DNA of 64,000 nt from Alphaproteobacteria bacterium. Its GTDB lineage: Bacteria > Pseudomonadota > Alphaproteobacteria > Puniceispirillales > Puniceispirillaceae. Shown here in pieces: positions 38,501 to 48,669 of this stretch; the stretch's first letter is position 1; every line of letters begins with the position of its first letter. The DNA lies in contig JAYPEG010000007.1 of assembly GCA_038125645.1 (NCBI GenBank), positions 21 to 64,020 on the forward strand, written 5' to 3'. The translations under genes were made by a program, and so were the position numbers. The notes under the pieces were generated by a model. The model searched no databases. It was not told the origin of the DNA and saw nothing but the letters and a program-made list of their open reading frames with translations.

Positions 38501-39205
38501 TCAGCCCCCTAAAAAGGCACGGCGCACTTCGGCATCCGCCAGCAGCGCCCTGCCCGTATCAGTATAGCGGTTTTCACCCTGTACCAGCACATAGCCCCTG
38601 TCAGCGACTGACAGGGCCTGTTTGGCATTCTGCTCAACCATCAAAATGGCGATGCCGGTGCGCGCCACCTCTATGATCCTGTCAAACAGCTCATCCATTA
38701 CTATCGGTGACACGCCGGCTGTTGGTTCATCCAGCATCAGGATTTTGGGTTGTGTCATCAGGGCACGGCCAACGGCCACCTGCTGGCGCTGGCCGCCGGA
38801 AAGCTCGCCTGCGGGCTGGCCACGCTTTTCCCGCAGAACAGGGAACAGATCAAACACCTGTTCCAATGTATGGCTGATATCATCATCGCGGATAAAGGCA
38901 CCCATCTCCAGATTTTCCTGGACGCTGAGGCCGGGAAATACATTTTGTGTCTGCGGAACAAAGCCCATGCCCCTTAACACCCGCTCCTGCGGCTTCAATG
39001 CGGTGATATCCTCACCATCCAGCCATACTGTGCCCGCCCGCAGCTGCAGCATACCGAAAACCGCTTTCATGGCGGTTGATTTTCCCGCACCATTGGGGCC
39101 AACAACAACCGCTATTTCGCCCCTGTCCACACCAATGCTGCAGTTATGCAGAATATCTGCATCCCCATATCCGCCTGTCATATTCTCACCGATAAGATAG
39201 GGCAA
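38501..39205 (-). CDS. ABC transporter ATP-binding protein (LivF-like)
   Basis: Walker A GPNGAGKST, signature LSGGQRQ and Walker B LMLDEPT. Confidence 0.9.
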   Translation of the reverse strand: MPYLIGENMTGGYGDADILHNCSIGVDRGEIAVVVGPNGAGKSTAMKAVFGMLQLRAGTVWLDGEDITALKPQERVLRGMGFVPQTQNVFPGLSVQENLEMGAFIRDDDISHTLEQVFDLFPVLREKRGQPAGELSGGQRQQVAVGRALMTQPKILMLDEPTAGVSPIVMDELFDRIIEVARTGIAILMVEQNAKQALSVADRGYVLVQGENRYTDTGRALLADAEVRRAFLGG

Positions 39206-39218
39206 TCTGCAGCCTCCC

Positions 39219-39992
39219 TTAGCGTTTTTTGTTTTTCAGGCCAGTGCCGAGATAGGCTTCAATAACATCCTCATTCTTACGGATATCATCTGAACTGCCA
39301 GTTGCCAGAACGCTGCCCTCGGCCATGACAATAACGGGATCGCACAGCCGGCTGATAAAATCCATATCATGCTCGATCATGCAGAATGTATAATTCTTTT
39401 CAGCATTCAGGCGCAAAATCGCGTCACCGATATGGCCCAGTAATGTGCGGTTAACACCGGCCCCAACCTCATCCAGAAACACAATCTTGGCATCAACCAT
39501 CATTGTGCGGCCCAGCTCCAGCAATTTTTTCTGTCCACCAGAGAGGCGGCCTGCCAGCTCGCCTGCAACCCGTTCCAGCTGTAAAAACCTTATCACCTCT
39601 TCAGCCTTTTCAGCTATGAGCTGTTCTTGTTCGCGCACTTTTTGCGGGCGCATCCAGGCATCTATCAGGCGCTCGCCCGCCTGATTGGGGGGCACCATTT
39701 TTAAATTGTCACGCACTGTTAGCGTTGAAAATTCATGGGCAATCTGAAAGGTGCGTAAAAGCCCGCGCTGAAACAGATCATGCGGGGGCAGACCGGTGAT
39801 ATCCGCGCCGTCAAGATTCACCTTGCCGCTGTCAGGCCTGTACAGTCCGGCGATGATATTGAACAGGGTTGTCTTGCCCGCGCCGTTCGGGCCGATGAGG
39901 CCGGTTATGGAACCGGTCTCAATCTTAAGAGACGCATTATTGACGGCATGAATGCCACCAAAGGATTTATTCAGATTTGCAACGCTGATCAT
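39219..39992 (-). CDS. ABC transporter ATP-binding protein (LivG-like)
   Basis: Walker A GPNGAGKTT, signature LSGGQKK and Walker B VFLDEV. Start at MISVANLNKSFGG. Confidence 0.9.
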   Translation of the reverse strand: MISVANLNKSFGGIHAVNNASLKIETGSITGLIGPNGAGKTTLFNIIAGLYRPDSGKVNLDGADITGLPPHDLFQRGLLRTFQIAHEFSTLTVRDNLKMVPPNQAGERLIDAWMRPQKVREQEQLIAEKAEEVIRFLQLERVAGELAGRLSGGQKKLLELGRTMMVDAKIVFLDEVGAGVNRTLLGHIGDAILRLNAEKNYTFCMIEHDMDFISRLCDPVIVMAEGSVLATGSSDDIRKNEDVIEAYLGTGLKNKKR

Positions 39993-40015
39993 ACAGAACA
40001 GATATGACAAAGCCC

Positions 40016-40059
40016 GGGCAGTGACAGTTTTGTCTTCCCGGGCTTTGTCTTTTTCCTGT
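40016..40059 (-). other. Intercistronic stem-loop (perfect 13-bp stem, 18-nt loop) between the binding-protein gene and the ATPase gene
   Basis: GACAAAGCCCGGG ... CCCGGGCTTTGTC. No T-tract follows on the transcribed (minus) strand. Confidence 0.8.
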
Positions 40060-40064
40060 GCCGC

Positions 40065-41246
40065 CTAGCGGTAACCAACAGTGACGTTTTTGCCACCCTT
40101 GATTTCGATTTCTGCATAATTGCCAGCTGACTCGCCGCTGCCGACAAGCTCTACAGCTGAGGCACCGACATAATCTATATCCTTGCCCTCTTTCAGCAAT
40201 TTCATTGCCTTGGCCAGATCGCCGGGGAAGATTTTCTCACCCGGTGCATTGGCAACCCCCATCATATGGGCTTTGAAGACATTGCTGTCGCTTGAGTTTG
40301 CAGACTGCATAGCCAGCAGGATCAGTGCCGCACCGTCATAGCTTTCAGGTGCAAACGGCCCGGCCTTGAAGTTCGCCTGTTTTGCCATTTCAGAGAATTT
40401 AGCCGCCCCCGGGCTGTCTGTGCCAGGAACATCACCGATAGAACCGTCCAGATCAGGGCCAATAGCCTGTGGCAGGGCATCACCGATCATCCCGTCCGGA
40501 AGATAGAAAATGTCAAATGCCCCTGTATCCAGAGATGCCTGAATAATTCCCTTGCCACCCTGATCAAGATAACCGGCAACGATCAGGATATCACCGCCGG
40601 CCTGTGCCAGTGCCGCAACCTCTGCACCATAGTCACCCTTGCCGTCCTCATGGGCAGCAGAGATTGTGATTTTTCCGCCATTCCCTTCAAAATTTGATTT
40701 GATACTGTCAGCAAGACCCTTGCCATAATCATTGTTTGTATAGGTCATAGCCGCGCTCTTATAGCCCTTGTCCATGAGGATCTGGGCAACAACCTCGCCC
40801 TGGCGGGCATCAGACGGCGCGGTGCGGAAAAACAGGTCATTGTCCGGCAATGTCGACAGGGCTGGCGAGGTGGCAGACGGAGAGACCATCACAATACCAT
40901 TCGGCATGGCAACATTCTGCAATATAGCCGTTGTCACACCTGAACAGTCAGCCCCGACCATAGCATTCACCTTGTCAGAAGTGACCAGACGCTCTGCTGC
41001 AGCTGTGGCAGCAGCGGCATCGATACAGGTTGAGTCACCCCGCACAGATGTGATAGCTGTCCCGCCCATAAAATTACCGCCAGCATTCACCTCGGCGATG
41101 GCCAGCTCAGCACCCGCAGCCATGTCAGGGGTCAGTGATTCAATCGGGCCGGTATAACCCAGGATAATGCCCAGTTTGACATCAGCTGCTATCGCCGGTG
41201 TGCCCAGCAGTGCAAGCACAACAGATAAGCCCACTAGTTTTTTCAT
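40065..41246 (-). CDS. ABC transporter periplasmic substrate-binding protein (Leu/Ile/Val-binding protein family)
   Basis: Signal peptide. Type I periplasmic binding fold pattern (KLGIILGYTGPIESL...). Confidence 0.88.
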   Translation of the reverse strand: MKKLVGLSVVLALLGTPAIAADVKLGIILGYTGPIESLTPDMAAGAELAIAEVNAGGNFMGGTAITSVRGDSTCIDAAAATAAAERLVTSDKVNAMVGADCSGVTTAILQNVAMPNGIVMVSPSATSPALSTLPDNDLFFRTAPSDARQGEVVAQILMDKGYKSAAMTYTNNDYGKGLADSIKSNFEGNGGKITISAAHEDGKGDYGAEVAALAQAGGDILIVAGYLDQGGKGIIQASLDTGAFDIFYLPDGMIGDALPQAIGPDLDGSIGDVPGTDSPGAAKFSEMAKQANFKAGPFAPESYDGAALILLAMQSANSSDSNVFKAHMMGVANAPGEKIFPGDLAKAMKLLKEGKDIDYVGASAVELVGSGESAGNYAEIEIKGGKNVTVGYR

Positions 41247-41393
41247 TTTTTCTCTCCCTATGGAAAACCAGACCTTTTAGTTATCAGCCTTCAGCCCGGT
41301 TGATAAGTTTTCAGCCAGTGGCATGCTGTCAGCCAGACAGCGCCCCTGTTACCCTAAAGTTTTACTAAGCTGGCAGTGACGTGACAACAGATT

Positions 41394-42764
41394 TTATTTC
41401 CGGGCGGCTGTGATCAGCCGTTGTGCCGTCTCAGCCCGGCACCAGTCAATCTGCCCCAGAACATCACAGGACGGGCAGACCATTTCCCATTTTGGCAGGG
41501 ACGCGGCGCAGGCCCGGCAGTGCCAGCCCGGCCCGTGCGGGGCATGGGCAGCAGCCAGCAGCGCGTCCTGGCGGGCGGCTGTGATGTCTGCCTGTTCATC
41601 AGCCTGTGCATGGGCGAGCTGGGCTGTGCAAAGCTCTGCTTTCAGAAGAAAATAGCTGTTTGTCCGGCCCGTTGATGACACATTGTCAAGCAGCGCAGAG
41701 GCCGAGGCCCAGATGCCGCGCCGCAGGGCAAATGACGCGGCTATAATGCCGGCCTCATCACTGTTTGCCGAGGCTTCAGCCAACCGGCCAAGACGCGCGA
41801 CAAGCTGGCCATCATTATCAGCTGAAAATTTACCAATCAGGTCTGCCAGCAAGTCATGCGGAAACGCCTTAAAATCCTTTTCCAACCGATGCAGCGCTGC
41901 TTTCGGCTTCGAATCACCCAGTGCGATGGCCAGCCTGCGGCTGGCTTCAACACATTGGGGGCTGTGATCAAGAGCAGATTTCAAATGGGTAAGGCGCCCG
42001 GCGTCATCCTGTTCAGCTATCAACAGGCAAAGATGGGCGGCCAGCAGATTCGGATGGCCAAGCTGGCCATGGCCAAAACCATCAGAATGTTCCGGAAGGG
42101 GCGCAAGCCCGCCAGGCTGTTTCATCAGCTGGTTCAGCCTGTCCAGTGCAGCCGCCCAGTTCTGCTCCTTCAGCTCTTGTGCCAAAATGCGCAGCCCGGC
42201 CGGGACTGATTGGGCGGACAGCTGTAATGCCTGTTTTGCAGACGCAAGGCTTTCTGCCTCGCGGCCCTGTTGCTGATAAAGGCGCATCAGCCCAATCTGG
42301 CCGAAATAGGCGGTATCTGCCTCACGCGAGAGGGCAGAAAAATAACGCAAGGCCGCCTTGTCATCACCGGTGGCATGGGCCGCCTGCGCGCGCAAAAGAT
42401 CAGCCAAAAGGCCAGACCCCAACAGTTTTTCTGCCTTGCGAGCCTGCTTGCTGGCCAGTTTGTAGTCACCCGCAGCATAGGCAACCATGCCAAGACCAAG
42501 TGCCCGCTCACCGTTTTTCCTGCGCCGTGCCTGCCAGTTATGGCCCAGCCAGCCCGGCCATAGGACAAGCATCCTGACAAGGCGATAAAGCCAGTAGAAC
42601 AGCAGGCCAGATACGCTGAGCACAACCACCAGAAGGCTGGTACGCAGCTCTATCTGCCAGCCGGCCCAGCTGATGCTGGTCATGCCCTGCATCGCAGCCA
42701 GCCAGTTGAAACAAAGGGCAGCGGCAAGACAGAGCAGAACGAACCAGACAAGCCGGGCCATCAC
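41394..42764 (-). CDS. hemY: HemY N-terminal domain / TPR membrane protein (heme-cluster HemY-like)
   Basis: N-terminal double-TM HemY_N pattern (VWFVLLCLAA...SISWAGWQIELRTSLLVVVL) followed by TPR-like repeats. Follows hemC-hemD. Confidence 0.8.
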   Translation of the reverse strand: MMARLVWFVLLCLAAALCFNWLAAMQGMTSISWAGWQIELRTSLLVVVLSVSGLLFYWLYRLVRMLVLWPGWLGHNWQARRRKNGERALGLGMVAYAAGDYKLASKQARKAEKLLGSGLLADLLRAQAAHATGDDKAALRYFSALSREADTAYFGQIGLMRLYQQQGREAESLASAKQALQLSAQSVPAGLRILAQELKEQNWAAALDRLNQLMKQPGGLAPLPEHSDGFGHGQLGHPNLLAAHLCLLIAEQDDAGRLTHLKSALDHSPQCVEASRRLAIALGDSKPKAALHRLEKDFKAFPHDLLADLIGKFSADNDGQLVARLGRLAEASANSDEAGIIAASFALRRGIWASASALLDNVSSTGRTNSYFLLKAELCTAQLAHAQADEQADITAARQDALLAAAHAPHGPGWHCRACAASLPKWEMVCPSCDVLGQIDWCRAETAQRLITAARK

Positions 42765-43408
42765 TGCACCCTGTTAGACGGGGCCGGGGTTATGGTCACA
42801 AGTTCTGAAAACCAGCCAGAGAGCGTATCCACAGGCCCCGCTGCCCAGCCAGGCAGCCAGCGTGTATCTGCCGCAGATGAAACAGGTGCAGCTGGTGTTT
42901 GGCTGTTATCCTTACCAGCCGGCACCGCTGCTTGTGTGCTGTTCCCGGGCCTGTCCATCGGGCTGGTATCCGCTGCTGTTATCTCTTCCAGCACGCCGGA
43001 CAGGCGGGCCAGCTCATCACGCAGGGCCTGTGCGCTGTCACCGGCCCTGATCCCCAGCGCCTCTATATCCGCGCGCAGGGCCCCGCTGAGACCAGACTGC
43101 TCATCCAGACGCGCTGCCAGGCGCGCCTGTTCATCAGCAATGGTGTCAAGCCGCCCAGACAGGCTGGTCAGTGTTCTGTTCAGCTGCTCATAACGGGTCT
43201 GGTCATTTCTATCATTTACTACTAATGGCCATGCCGCCATCAACAGCGCCCCGCAGCCTGCCAAAAGGGCCAGAACTGCTATCAGCTGCGTTTTATCAAC
43301 AGCCCGGCGGCCAGACCGGCTGTTATTACTGTCAATGACAGCCTGTGCGGCATTATGCTGTTCTTGGGGGGTGGCAGCCGCCCCGGCTGCTTTCTTTCGT
43401 GACACCAT
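42761..43408 (-). CDS. Membrane-anchored coiled-coil protein at the HemX / alpha-Mic60 position of the heme cluster
   Basis: One TM segment (LIAVLALLAGCGALLMAAWPLV), a long coiled-coil-like segment and a low-complexity linker. Synteny is hemD-X-hemY. 4-nt overlap with hemY. Confidence 0.5.
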   Translation of the reverse strand: MVSRKKAAGAAATPQEQHNAAQAVIDSNNSRSGRRAVDKTQLIAVLALLAGCGALLMAAWPLVVNDRNDQTRYEQLNRTLTSLSGRLDTIADEQARLAARLDEQSGLSGALRADIEALGIRAGDSAQALRDELARLSGVLEEITAADTSPMDRPGNSTQAAVPAGKDNSQTPAAPVSSAADTRWLPGWAAGPVDTLSGWFSELVTITPAPSNRVQ

Positions 43409-43525
43409 GCGTCTCTCCGCAAAACAAAGACAGGACAGCCCTTGCGAACAGGGCTGTACGCGTCTGTCAGTTACCAGTATTCATGCACATAGCACAGAGA
43501 TCAATTTTTTTGCCTGAATTTCCTG

Positions 43526-44305
43526 TTACAGGCCGGAAAGGGCCCAGTCCTGGGCTGTTTCCAGAATGGCCCAGCGCGTGGGGTTTGCCGCAACAACACT
43601 GTTGAAACCAGCCGCAAGCGCGGCCTCTGCCAGCTGTTCGGACAAGACAATCATAGTCAGCGCGCCCCTGGCAGATGCCAGTGATTTTTCTGCCAGCCAG
43701 CGGTCAAACAAGGTGACTGTCCGGGCTGATAGGGCCATGAGCCCGCACCCCCCCGCATTGCCAAGCGCGGCGGCAATCTGCGCTGAAGATGGATTATGGG
43801 CACAGGCTTCATAAATCACCGCCCGCCGCACCGCATAGCCAGCTGCCCCCAGCACAGCCTCAAGATCAAAATATATATCACGCCCTGACAACCATAAATA
43901 TTCAGCCTGTCTGTTATCTGCGGATATTACACCAGCTGCAAGGGCGTCTGCAGCCGGGCCCGAAATCTTTACATTTCTAAAACCAGCGGCACGCAATATA
44001 GCGGCACTGCCTGCGCCAACACACCACAGGGGCAGTTCATGATATGGGGCCGCAGCCCTGCTGTTTGCCGCCAGCAGACGGGCCGCCTGTTTGCTGGTAA
44101 TGATCATTTGTGTGGGCATGAGAGGCGCCTTTTCAAGCAGATCGGCCAATACGCCGGCAAATGGTTCTATCTGCAGCATGGGCAGGGCAAAGGCCTGAAC
44201 ACCGCATTTTGCCAGCGTTTGCACATCATCAGAGCAGTCTGGTTCCGGGCGCAGACAAAAAACCGGTCTTTGTCCCTTTGCCCCAGCATGTCGCGGCGCC
44301 TTCAC
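43526..44305 (-). CDS. hemD: Uroporphyrinogen-III synthase
   Basis: HEM4-like pattern (VFCLRPEPD..LPMLQIEP). GTG start at 44305, 11 nt after the hemC stop, preferred over the overlapping ATG at 44383. Confidence 0.78.
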   Translation of the reverse strand: MKAPRHAGAKGQRPVFCLRPEPDCSDDVQTLAKCGVQAFALPMLQIEPFAGVLADLLEKAPLMPTQMIITSKQAARLLAANSRAAAPYHELPLWCVGAGSAAILRAAGFRNVKISGPAADALAAGVISADNRQAEYLWLSGRDIYFDLEAVLGAAGYAVRRAVIYEACAHNPSSAQIAAALGNAGGCGLMALSARTVTLFDRWLAEKSLASARGALTMIVLSEQLAEAALAAGFNSVVAANPTRWAILETAQDWALSGL

Positions 44306-44316
44306 TGCCCGATGCC

Positions 44317-45252
44317 TCAGGCCAGGAATTGCGGGCCACCGCAGGCGGCAAGCAGGGCGGCGGCCACATTCTGTCCCAGCCATTCAGGCCTGTCCGTGCC
44401 TGCGTGCTGTTCTTCTGTGAAACACTGGCGGCCGTCTGCTGACAGGACGCTGGCGCGCACACGCAGGCAATCACGGCCCACTATGTCCGCCATCGCTGTG
44501 ACTGGCGTACGGCACGAACCGTCCAGACCGGCAAGAACGGCCCGTTCAGCCTTTACACATAGTGCGCTGTCCGCACAGTTCAGCCCAGCCAGCGCTGCGG
44601 CAACGCATGCGGCCCGTCCGGTGCCGGTGCGAATCTGCACTGCCAGCGCACCCTGTGCGGCCGCCGGGGGCATCACATCTTCATCCAGGATTGTATAGCC
44701 GGTCATCTGGCCAAGGCGGCGAAGACCCGCAGCGGCCAGAATGATCGCGTCGAATTCACCGCTCTCAAGGCGGGCCAGACGGCTTCCTACATTGCCGCGC
44801 AGCAGGCTGGTCTGCAAATCCGGACGGCGGTTACGCAGCAGCGCCGCCCGTCTGACAGAGGCAGTGCCAATATGGGCTGCCTCTGGCAGGTCTGACAGGC
44901 TGTTATAGGGGCCAACCAGCGCATCACGCCTGTCTTCACGCGGCAGAACAGCTGCTATCTTAGTGCCTGGGGCAATGCTGGTTTCCATGTCTTTCATGGA
45001 ATGCACAGCTGCATCTGCTCGCCCGTCAAGCAAAGCAGCTTCCAGCGTTTTGATAAATACGCCCTTGCCGCCAATATCAACAAGCGGGCGATCCAGAATT
45101 TCGTCACCGGTGGTTGACAGCCCCAGAATTTCAGACGGGCAGGGCCTGAGGGCATCTTGAACGCTGCGCGCCTGTATCATAGCCAGCGCGGATTTACGGC
45201 TGGCCAGCACAAGCGGGCGGGTATGAAACCTGTCAAAATCAGCTTTTGTCAT
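44317..45252 (-). CDS. hemC: Hydroxymethylbilane synthase (porphobilinogen deaminase)
   Basis: ASRKSALAMIQA, GGKGVFIKTLE, AVHSMKDM and GSCRTP motifs. Confidence 0.92.
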   Translation of the reverse strand: MTKADFDRFHTRPLVLASRKSALAMIQARSVQDALRPCPSEILGLSTTGDEILDRPLVDIGGKGVFIKTLEAALLDGRADAAVHSMKDMETSIAPGTKIAAVLPREDRRDALVGPYNSLSDLPEAAHIGTASVRRAALLRNRRPDLQTSLLRGNVGSRLARLESGEFDAIILAAAGLRRLGQMTGYTILDEDVMPPAAAQGALAVQIRTGTGRAACVAAALAGLNCADSALCVKAERAVLAGLDGSCRTPVTAMADIVGRDCLRVRASVLSADGRQCFTEEQHAGTDRPEWLGQNVAAALLAACGGPQFLA

Positions 45253-45329
45253 GGCGTTTTCATCCCACAGAACCCGGCCTGATGTAAAGCAGCAATCACA
45301 GAACATCATTGGGGCCGGGCAGGCGGCAG

Positions 45330-48191
45330 CTATTCTGCAACCTCGGCGTAATCAGAGACAGGCGGGCATGTGCAGACCAGATTGCGGTCACCATAGACAT
45401 TGTCAACACGGGCAACAGGCGGCCAGTATTTGTCTGTCAGCTGACCGCCATCCGGCAGACCGGCCGTCTGACGGCTGTAGGGATGCGGCCAGTCATCAGC
45501 CATCACCATGCGGGCTGTGTGCGGGGCATTGACCAGCGGATTGTCATCTGCCGGCCAGTCCTTATGCTCAACCCGCCAGATTTCAGAGCGGATGATTTTC
45601 ATTGCCGTGATGAACCGATCCAGTTCAGCAAGAGATTCGCTTTCTGTTGGCTCTATCATCAATGTGCCGGGTACGGGAAAGGACATGGTGGGGGCATGAA
45701 AACCAAAATCCATCAGTCTTTTGGCAATATCCTCTGCATCAATGCCGCTGGCCTGTTTAAGCGGGCGGATATCGAGAATAACCTCATGCGCGACATGCCC
45801 GCCCTCACCGGCATAAAGAACCGGGTAATCATCAACCAGGCTGGCGGCGATATAATTGGCATTCAAAATAGCCACCTGGCTGGCGGTTTTCAGACCGCTG
45901 GCCCCCATCATCATTATATAAGCATAGGAAATCGGCAGAATGAGCGGTGAGCCGAACGCAGCCGCAGCCACCTGGCCAGACCCTGCCTTATCAGCCGGGT
46001 CGCCACAATGGGCTGGCAGGAACGGGGCCAGATGGGCACGCACCCCAATCGGGCCCATGCCCGGCCCGCCGCCGCCATGGGGAATGCAAAAAGTCTTGTG
46101 CAGATTAAGATGACTGACATCCGCACCATAGCGCCCGGGCCGTGCCAGCCCCACCTGCGCGTTCAGATTGGCCCCGTCAAGATAGACCTGTCCCCCGCCG
46201 GCATGCACCATCTCACAGATGGTTGTGATCTCAGCCTCAAATACGCCATGGGTAGAAGGATAGGTCACCATCATGGCCGCCAGATTATCCCTGTGCTGGC
46301 CGATTTTCGCGGCCAGATCAGCCATATCAATATTGCCCCTGTCATCACAGCCAACCACGACCACCTGCATGCCAGCCATCTGGGCAGAGGCAGGGTTTGT
46401 GCCATGTGCGGATGCAGCGATCAGACAGATATCACGATGACCCTCACCGATTGAGCGCAGATACGCCCTTATTGTCATCAGCCCGGCATATTCCCCCTGT
46501 GCCCCGGAATTTGGCTGCATGGACACTGCGTCATATCCGGTGATTTCACACAGCCAGTCTTTCAGCTCATCTATCAGCTGATGATAGCCGGCTGCCTGAT
46601 CAGGCGGACAAAAAGGATGCAGTTCGGAAAATTCCGGCCATGTTACCGGAATCATCTCTGCTGCGGCATTCAGCTTCATCGTGCATGAGCCAAGCGGTAT
46701 CATTGTCCGATCCAGAGCCAGGTCACGGTCGGCAAGGCGCCGCAGATAGCGCATCATATCAGTCTCAGACCGGTAGCTGTGAAACACCGGGTGGGTCAGA
46801 AAATCAGACCGGCGCTGCAGCGGTGCCGGCAGGGACGCTGCCAGTGCATTGTCAATCGCCTCAAAATCAGCTGTCACACAAAGGGCCTGCCAGAGGTCGC
46901 TGACAGTCTTTTGCGTGCATGTCTCATCAAAAGCAACTGCCAGACCATCAGGCAGACGGCGCAGATTATACCCAGCTTTCAGCGCGGCAGTTATCAGCTC
47001 ATCAGACTTGTCTGTGCGGACAGCGACAGTATCAAAAAAATTATCACTGACACGGTATCCGCCGGCGCTGAGGCCAGCGGCAAAAACCGCCGCCAGACGA
47101 TTCACCCGCCGGGCAATAAGCGACAGACCGTCCGGCCCGTGCCAGACAGCATACATTGATGCCATCACGGCCAGCAATGCCTGTGCAGTACATATATTGG
47201 ACGTCGCTTTCTCGCGCCTTATATGCTGTTCTCTGGTCTGCAAAGCCAATCGGCAGGCCGGCTGGCCCTGTGTGTCAACTGAAACACCGATAATCCGTCC
47301 GGGCAACATGCGTTTATAGGGGTCAGCTGTTGCCATAAAGGCTGCATGCGGGCCGCCATAGCCCATCGGCACACCAAAGCGCTGGGCAGAGCCCATGGCC
47401 ATATCCGCCCCCATTTCAGCTGGCGTGCACAGCACCGCAAGTGCCAGCAGGTCACAAGCCATGACCGTAAAACCGCCTGCCTGTTTTACAGCTGCTATCA
47501 GTTCAGAAAAATCGCGTATATGCCCGTCTGTTCCAGGACAGGATAACAACAGGCCAAAAACAGGCCCCCCGGCAAGTGCCTGGTCAGCATCACCAACCTT
47601 AATCTGCCAGCCCAGCGGCTCAGCACGCGTCTGCAACACAGCAATGGTCTGGGGGTGGGTGTTGGCATCAACATAAAAAACCGGGCTGTCCGCTTTGCTG
47701 ACGCGCCGTGCCACTGCCATTGCCTCTGCCGCAGCTGTTGCCTCGTCAAGCAGAGAGGCATTAGCCATGTCAAAGCCGGTCATCTCGCAAATCATCGTCT
47801 GGAAATTCAACAGCGCTTCCAGCCTTCCCTGGCTGATTTCCGGCTGATAGGGCGTATAGGCCGTGTACCAGCCCGGATTTTCCAGAATATTGCGAAGTAG
47901 AACCGGCGGCGTCACAGTCCCGTAATATCCCTGACCTATAAGGGATTTAACAAGCTTGTTACGGGTGCCCAGCTCTTTCATATGGGCCAGCAAACCTGCC
48001 TCAGAGACGGGTGTGCCCAGCGCGAGTGCCTCTTTCATCTGAATGGCAGGAGGCAGGATATCATGTGTCAGCGCATCCAGACTGCTATAGCCAAGCCGGG
48101 CCAGCATTTGCGATTGTTCTTGCGGCCCCGGCCCGATATGGCGGGATAAAAAGTCACGGTCAGTTTGATCTTTGAGCTGCGCGTAGGTCAT
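45330..48191 (-). CDS. gcvP: Glycine dehydrogenase (aminomethyl-transferring), single-chain P protein
   Basis: About 950 aa. Includes the PLP-site region [16 protein letters not shown]. Confidence 0.95.
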   Translation of the reverse strand: MTYAQLKDQTDRDFLSRHIGPGPQEQSQMLARLGYSSLDALTHDILPPAIQMKEALALGTPVSEAGLLAHMKELGTRNKLVKSLIGQGYYGTVTPPVLLRNILENPGWYTAYTPYQPEISQGRLEALLNFQTMICEMTGFDMANASLLDEATAAAEAMAVARRVSKADSPVFYVDANTHPQTIAVLQTRAEPLGWQIKVGDADQALAGGPVFGLLLSCPGTDGHIRDFSELIAAVKQAGGFTVMACDLLALAVLCTPAEMGADMAMGSAQRFGVPMGYGGPHAAFMATADPYKRMLPGRIIGVSVDTQGQPACRLALQTREQHIRREKATSNICTAQALLAVMASMYAVWHGPDGLSLIARRVNRLAAVFAAGLSAGGYRVSDNFFDTVAVRTDKSDELITAALKAGYNLRRLPDGLAVAFDETCTQKTVSDLWQALCVTADFEAIDNALAASLPAPLQRRSDFLTHPVFHSYRSETDMMRYLRRLADRDLALDRTMIPLGSCTMKLNAAAEMIPVTWPEFSELHPFCPPDQAAGYHQLIDELKDWLCEITGYDAVSMQPNSGAQGEYAGLMTIRAYLRSIGEGHRDICLIAASAHGTNPASAQMAGMQVVVVGCDDRGNIDMADLAAKIGQHRDNLAAMMVTYPSTHGVFEAEITTICEMVHAGGGQVYLDGANLNAQVGLARPGRYGADVSHLNLHKTFCIPHGGGGPGMGPIGVRAHLAPFLPAHCGDPADKAGSGQVAAAAFGSPLILPISYAYIMMMGASGLKTASQVAILNANYIAASLVDDYPVLYAGEGGHVAHEVILDIRPLKQASGIDAEDIAKRLMDFGFHAPTMSFPVPGTLMIEPTESESLAELDRFITAMKIIRSEIWRVEHKDWPADDNPLVNAPHTARMVMADDWPHPYSRQTAGLPDGGQLTDKYWPPVARVDNVYGDRNLVCTCPPVSDYAEVAE

Positions 48192-48260
48192 ATCTGCCCC
48201 TCTGGTAAATACAGTAAAACATAACATCCACGGCCTGGCGGCCCCTGCAGGAGTGTGCGC

Positions 48261-48623
48261 TTAGCTGATCAGCGCAAGATAAGCATCCTCATCCATCAGG
48301 CCAGCAACACTGTTCGGATCATCAACTTTGATTTTAACGAACCAGCCGGCCCCAAGCGGTTCTGTATTCACCTGTGCCGGATCATCGCCAAGGGTTTCAT
48401 TGATTTCTGTGATTTCGCCTGTTACCGGTGCATAAACAGATGACGCTGCCTTGAAACTCTCAACTGTAGCCATATCGCCGCCAGCTGTCACCTTTGTGCC
48501 CACTTCCGGCAATTCAACAAACACAATGTCACCCAGTTCATTCTGGGCGTGGTCAGTGATCCCGACGGTTGCGATATCCCCGTCCAGCTTAATCCATTCA
48601 TGGTCTTGTGTATATTTCAGCAT
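48261..48623 (-). CDS. gcvH: Glycine cleavage system H protein
   Basis: 120 aa. Lipoyl-lysine region ATVESFKAASSVYAPV. The longer ORF-track version overlaps gcvT and is rejected. Confidence 0.95.
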   Translation of the reverse strand: MLKYTQDHEWIKLDGDIATVGITDHAQNELGDIVFVELPEVGTKVTAGGDMATVESFKAASSVYAPVTGEITEINETLGDDPAQVNTEPLGAGWFVKIKVDDPNSVAGLMDEDAYLALIS

Positions 48624-48669
48624 TGTTTTTTTTCCTGTCCGTTTGCTATGGTCTTTAACTGGGGTCAGC

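Noticed and set aside
40016-40070. The hairpin plus CTTTTTCC read as a plus-strand rho-independent terminator.
   Set aside because: No plus-strand gene ends nearby and both flanking genes are on the minus strand. It is interpreted instead as an intercistronic stem-loop.
43526-44383. 285-aa hemD ORF starting at the ATG at 44383.
   Set aside because: That start overlaps hemC by 67 nt and adds a non-conserved Arg/Pro-rich extension. A GTG 11 nt after the hemC stop gives a normal-length HemD.
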